DNA of 64,000 nt from Dictyostelium discoideum (Eukaryota), in the NCBI GenBank assembly GCA_000004695.1, contig CM000155.2, positions 2,784,001-2,848,000 on the forward strand, written 5' to 3'. Under the pieces are notes generated by a model. It was not told the DNA's origin, made no database searches, and was given only the letters and a program-made list of their open reading frames with translations. Every line of letters begins with the position of its first letter. The stretch's first letter is position 1. The translations under genes and the position numbers were made by a program. Positions 61,184 through 64,000 of this stretch are shown in pieces.

Positions 61184-62244
61184 ATTAATTATTATTAGGG
61201 GATTTAATAAATAAAATTAAATTAAATAAAATTAAAGGATTTATACCATCAAAAAAGAATAGAATTGAATTAGAAAGTTTAGGTAAAGATGGTAAAGAAG
61301 AATTAAAGAAAAAGAGTTATCAAGGTAAAATTTTATCAATGGCATTAAGTTTTGATGGTAAATATTTGGTTACTGGTGGTGAAGAGAAATTAATTAAAGT
61401 TTGGGATACAGAGAGTATGCAAGTGGTTGAAACATTTAAAGGACATAAAGATGTTATATCGGCATTAACATTTAGAAAAGGTACTTATACACTTTATAGT
61501 GGTTCAAATGATCGTACCATAAAGATTTGGGATTTATCACAAATGGCATTCGTCGACACTCGTTATGGCCATCAATCACCAATCACAGCAATGGATTCAT
61601 TATCACGTGAACGTTGTATCTCTGTTTCAACTGATAAAACCGTTAGAGTTTGGAAAATCCCTGAAGAGTCACAATTGATCTTTAGAGGTCATACTCATTC
61701 TGTAGATTGTTGTGTTTTAGTGGCTGAAGATAAATTTTTAACTGGTTCACAAGAAGGTTCTATTGCTTTGTGGAATGTAAATAAAAAGAATGCAACTTTC
61801 ATAAAGAATAATGCTCATCCTGTTAATAGTGGTGGTAATAGTGGGACTGATTCTTTTTCATGGATTTCAAGTGTTTCAGCCATTCCAAACTCTGATATGG
61901 CAGCTTCTGGAAGTTGTGATGGTTCCATTCGTCTTTGGTCAATTATGGGTGGTGATAAACTCAAAGAAATTAATCAAATCCCTGCTATTGGTTTCGTTAA
62001 TGATTTAAAATTCGCTCATGATTGTTCTTTCTTATTAGCTGCCGTCTCTAAAGAACATAAATTTGGAAGATGGAAGAAAATTGGTTCCGCTAAAAATTCA
62101 CTTTTATTAATTAATTTAAAAGAACAAGTTAATCCAAATGATTTATTACAACAAGAAGAACAAGTTGAAATTGAACTTAATAATAATATAGAAAATCAAG
62201 ATGAAGATGAAGAAGATGAAGAAGAAGAAGAAGAAGAAAATTAA
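60115..62244 (+). CDS. U3 snoRNP WD40 protein Rrp9/U3-55K-like with N-terminal RGG (GAR) repeats, 2 exons, 669 aa
   Basis: Exon 1 is 60115..61078. It has five MSSSRGGG(R)GG repeats, an acidic region, then ...DERRLRLANEYLEKIRK...ILKGHSSPITCIVLSDDQSIAYSASRDIIIK. The intron 61079..61198 has a GTAAAA donor and a TATTAG acceptor. Exon 2 is 61199..62244 (WDLINK...GKYLVTGGEEKLIKVWD...GSNDRTIKIWDL...TDKTVRVWKI...GSIALWN...GSIRLWS...), a WD40 propeller with an acidic C-terminus. The 2010 nt are in frame. Confidence 0.8.
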
Positions 62245-62361
62245 ACTTTTAAAAGAAGAAATAATAAAAAAATAAAATAAAAAAAAAAATTAAAAATAAT
62301 ATTGATTTCCTTTGTTTTAACTTTTTTAATTTTATTTTATTTTTTATTTTTATTTTTTTTA

Positions 62362-62545
62362 TTATATATCAACAATAACATGAATATCTGATTTATCAGG
62401 ATTTTCTTCAATTTTCATACATGAATATGTTATTGCTTTAATTTCAGTACCAGTTGTATGTTTGCTTTTATCTAATTCAACACCTTTACTATAATTACAA
62501 ATAAAATAAAAATAATAAAATTAGTAGAAAAATAAAAAAATAAAC

Positions 62546-62641
<96 letters not shown>

Positions 62642-63142
62642 GAAAGGGTTACCCTATTGCTTTAATTGAAAAGTTTTCACGATCAAATGAAATGATTTGA
62701 ACTTGTTTAAATATAATGAATTCAGTACTGAAAACAAATAAAAATTCATCCAATAATGCAAATAATAATGAATCCATATCATGACCATTAACACTTATAG
62801 TTTGTTCAGTTGCGCTATCATCCAATTCAACTGAATCTAATTCAACCATATAGTTATTCATAATTAATACCATTTGTTCAAGTGCTTCTTTTAAATCTTT
62901 ACCCCATGTATGCTATTTTTTAGGAAATAAAAAACTAATCTATTAATATATGTTCATTATTATTATCATGATTATTATTATTATGGTAATCTTACAAACA
63001 TAATATCAGCGGTATGGTCTAAATCTATATTGATGATTGTTTTGGTTAGTATTTTTTTAATATATAGAGTATTTTTTGTGGTTATATTTAGTATTTATTT
63101 ACATTCAAAGTTTTTTAATTGACCTAAACCATAGCTTTCCAT
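62362..63142 (-). CDS. Archease (tRNA-ligase cofactor), 4 exons, 151 aa
   Basis: Exon 1 is 63103..63142 (MESYGLGQLKNFE). Exon 2 is 62996..63024 (YLDHTADIMF). Exon 3 is 62653..62912 (HTWGKDLKEALEQMVLIMNNYMVELDSVE...GHDMDSLLFALLDEFLFVFSTEFIIFKQVQIISFDRENFSIKAIG). Exon 4 is 62362..62488 (GKGVELDKSKHTTGTEIKAITYSCMKIEENPDKSDIHVIVDI*). It is collinear with the conserved archease blocks (YLDHTADVQLHAWG...SLLF.FLDE.L...SIG.G.E.......GTEVKAITYS). Donors are GTAAAT, GTAAGA and GTAACC. The 456 nt are in frame. Confidence 0.8.
62551..62640. repeat. (ATT/AAT)30 microsatellite inside archease intron 3
   Basis: A perfect 90-nt ttattattatt... run. Confidence 0.9.
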
Positions 63143-63822
63143 TTTACATATATAAATATACTATTTTTAATTAAATGATTTATTTTGAGAGAAAATGAAA
63201 AAAAAATTTTAAAAAAAAGAAAATAAAAATAAAAATAAAAATAAAAAAAAAAAAAAAAAAAAAATTAAAATAGAAAAAAAAAAAAAAAAATATAAATAGT
63301 TTTTATTTTTTAGATTGATTTTTATTATTGGATTAATCTAAAATTGATATTAATAAATCTTATTTCCCAAAATTAAAAAAATAAAAGTTTTTGAAACACA
63401 TTTTTCATGTTTTTCTTGGAATTTCTCAATTTAATATTTTTTTTTTATTGCTTTTTTTTTAATTTTTTATTTTTTTTTTTATTTTTTTTTTTCATTTTTA
63501 TTTTTTTTTAAAAGATTAGTCTTTGTAGTAATAAAAAAAAAAAAAAATTATAATAAAAATAAAAAAAAAAAAACCAAATAAAAAAATAAAATAAATAACT
63601 TGTGTTATTTTAAAAATAAAAAAAATTCAAAAATAAAAAATAAAAAAAATAATAAAATAATAGCTAACCTATCATATTTCATATTTCATAGTTGTTTTTT
63701 TTTTTTTTTTTTTAAATCCACTATCTTTTTTATTTTTTAAATATATTTCTTTTTTTCTTTCTCTTATTAAAATAATCTTTTTTTTATAAATGATAAAAGA
63801 TTAAAAAAAAAAAAAAAAAAAA

Positions 63823-64000
63823 ATGAAAAGTAATTCAAATAAAAGAGAATTTTCAAGTGATGATGATAATTCGAATGTAGAATCTGATTCATCAAAGAAA
63901 ACTAGAATTTCACCCCCATCAACACCGCAACCACAAACAACTACATCTTTAATACCACCACCAGTATTCAAAGGATTCAGTACAGGTAGAGGTGCAGCTG
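63823..64000 (+). CDS. 5' end of a gene continuing beyond the window
   Basis: ATG at 63823 preceded by an A-rich leader. The ORF reads MKSNSNKREFSSDDDNSNVESDSSKKTRISPPSTPQPQTTTSLIPPPVFKGFSTGRGAA... and is open to the window end. Too little sequence to name. Confidence 0.4.
   Translation, partial: MKSNSNKREFSSDDDNSNVESDSSKKTRISPPSTPQPQTTTSLIPPPVFKGFSTGRGAA

Overview
This 64-kb window looks like a Dictyostelium-type (social amoeba) nuclear chromosome segment. Evidence read directly from the sequence: roughly 75-80% A+T; coding regions rich in Asn, Gln and Thr codon runs; long oligo(dA)/oligo(dT) intergenic tracts; short AT-rich GT..AG introns (66-123 nt, plus one 466-nt candidate); tRNA genes with downstream B-box duplicates; and debris of tRNA-targeted non-LTR retroelements. 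No prokaryotic operon or defence-island logic applies.

Four 100-N assembly gaps are present (6899-6998, 43581-43680, 55152-55251, 58293-58392), each flanked by low-quality, homopolymer-rich sequence.

I count about 27 protein-coding genes. Every multi-exon model below is kept in frame by the splice sites I describe. The genes are: crotonase; four tandem hssA/2C/7E-like small Gly/Ser/Cys proteins; a CHCH-domain protein present as two identical inverted copies; PP2A B55; an NlpC/P60 protein; a YME1-like FtsH protease; a TTC27-like TPR protein; dUTPase; a giant A2M-like protein; a PDI-like thioredoxin protein; leishmanolysin-like M8 peptidase; a THUMP methyltransferase; an LRR protein; NAPE-PLD-like; PTER; a RhoGEF; Rrp9; archease; and several lineage-specific secreted or membrane proteins. 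There are also tRNA-Ile(AAU), tRNA-Leu(AAG), tRNA-Met(CAU), tRNA-His(GUG) and a 5'-half tRNA-Met pseudogene.

The most unusual item is a roughly 3,930-aa protein with no signal peptide (21934..33834, minus strand). Its C-terminal third is alpha-2-macroglobulin/TEP-like with a degenerate thioester. At the position equivalent to the A2M bait region it carries an intact Rap/Ras-like GTPase domain whose two halves are circularly permuted: G3-G4-G5, a linker, then G1-G2.

Other notable points:
- A perfect inverted duplication of at least 1.2 kb brackets about 51 kb, and both arms abut N-gaps. It is either a real inverted repeat pair or a scaffolding artefact.
- A tRNA/retroelement hotspot (52.4-56.7 kb) holds tandem composite repeats and a candidate target-site duplication.
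- Two bacterial-looking genes: an intron-containing NlpC/P60 with a 17-nt micro-exon, and a 105-aa single-exon protein.
- An actin gene fragment.
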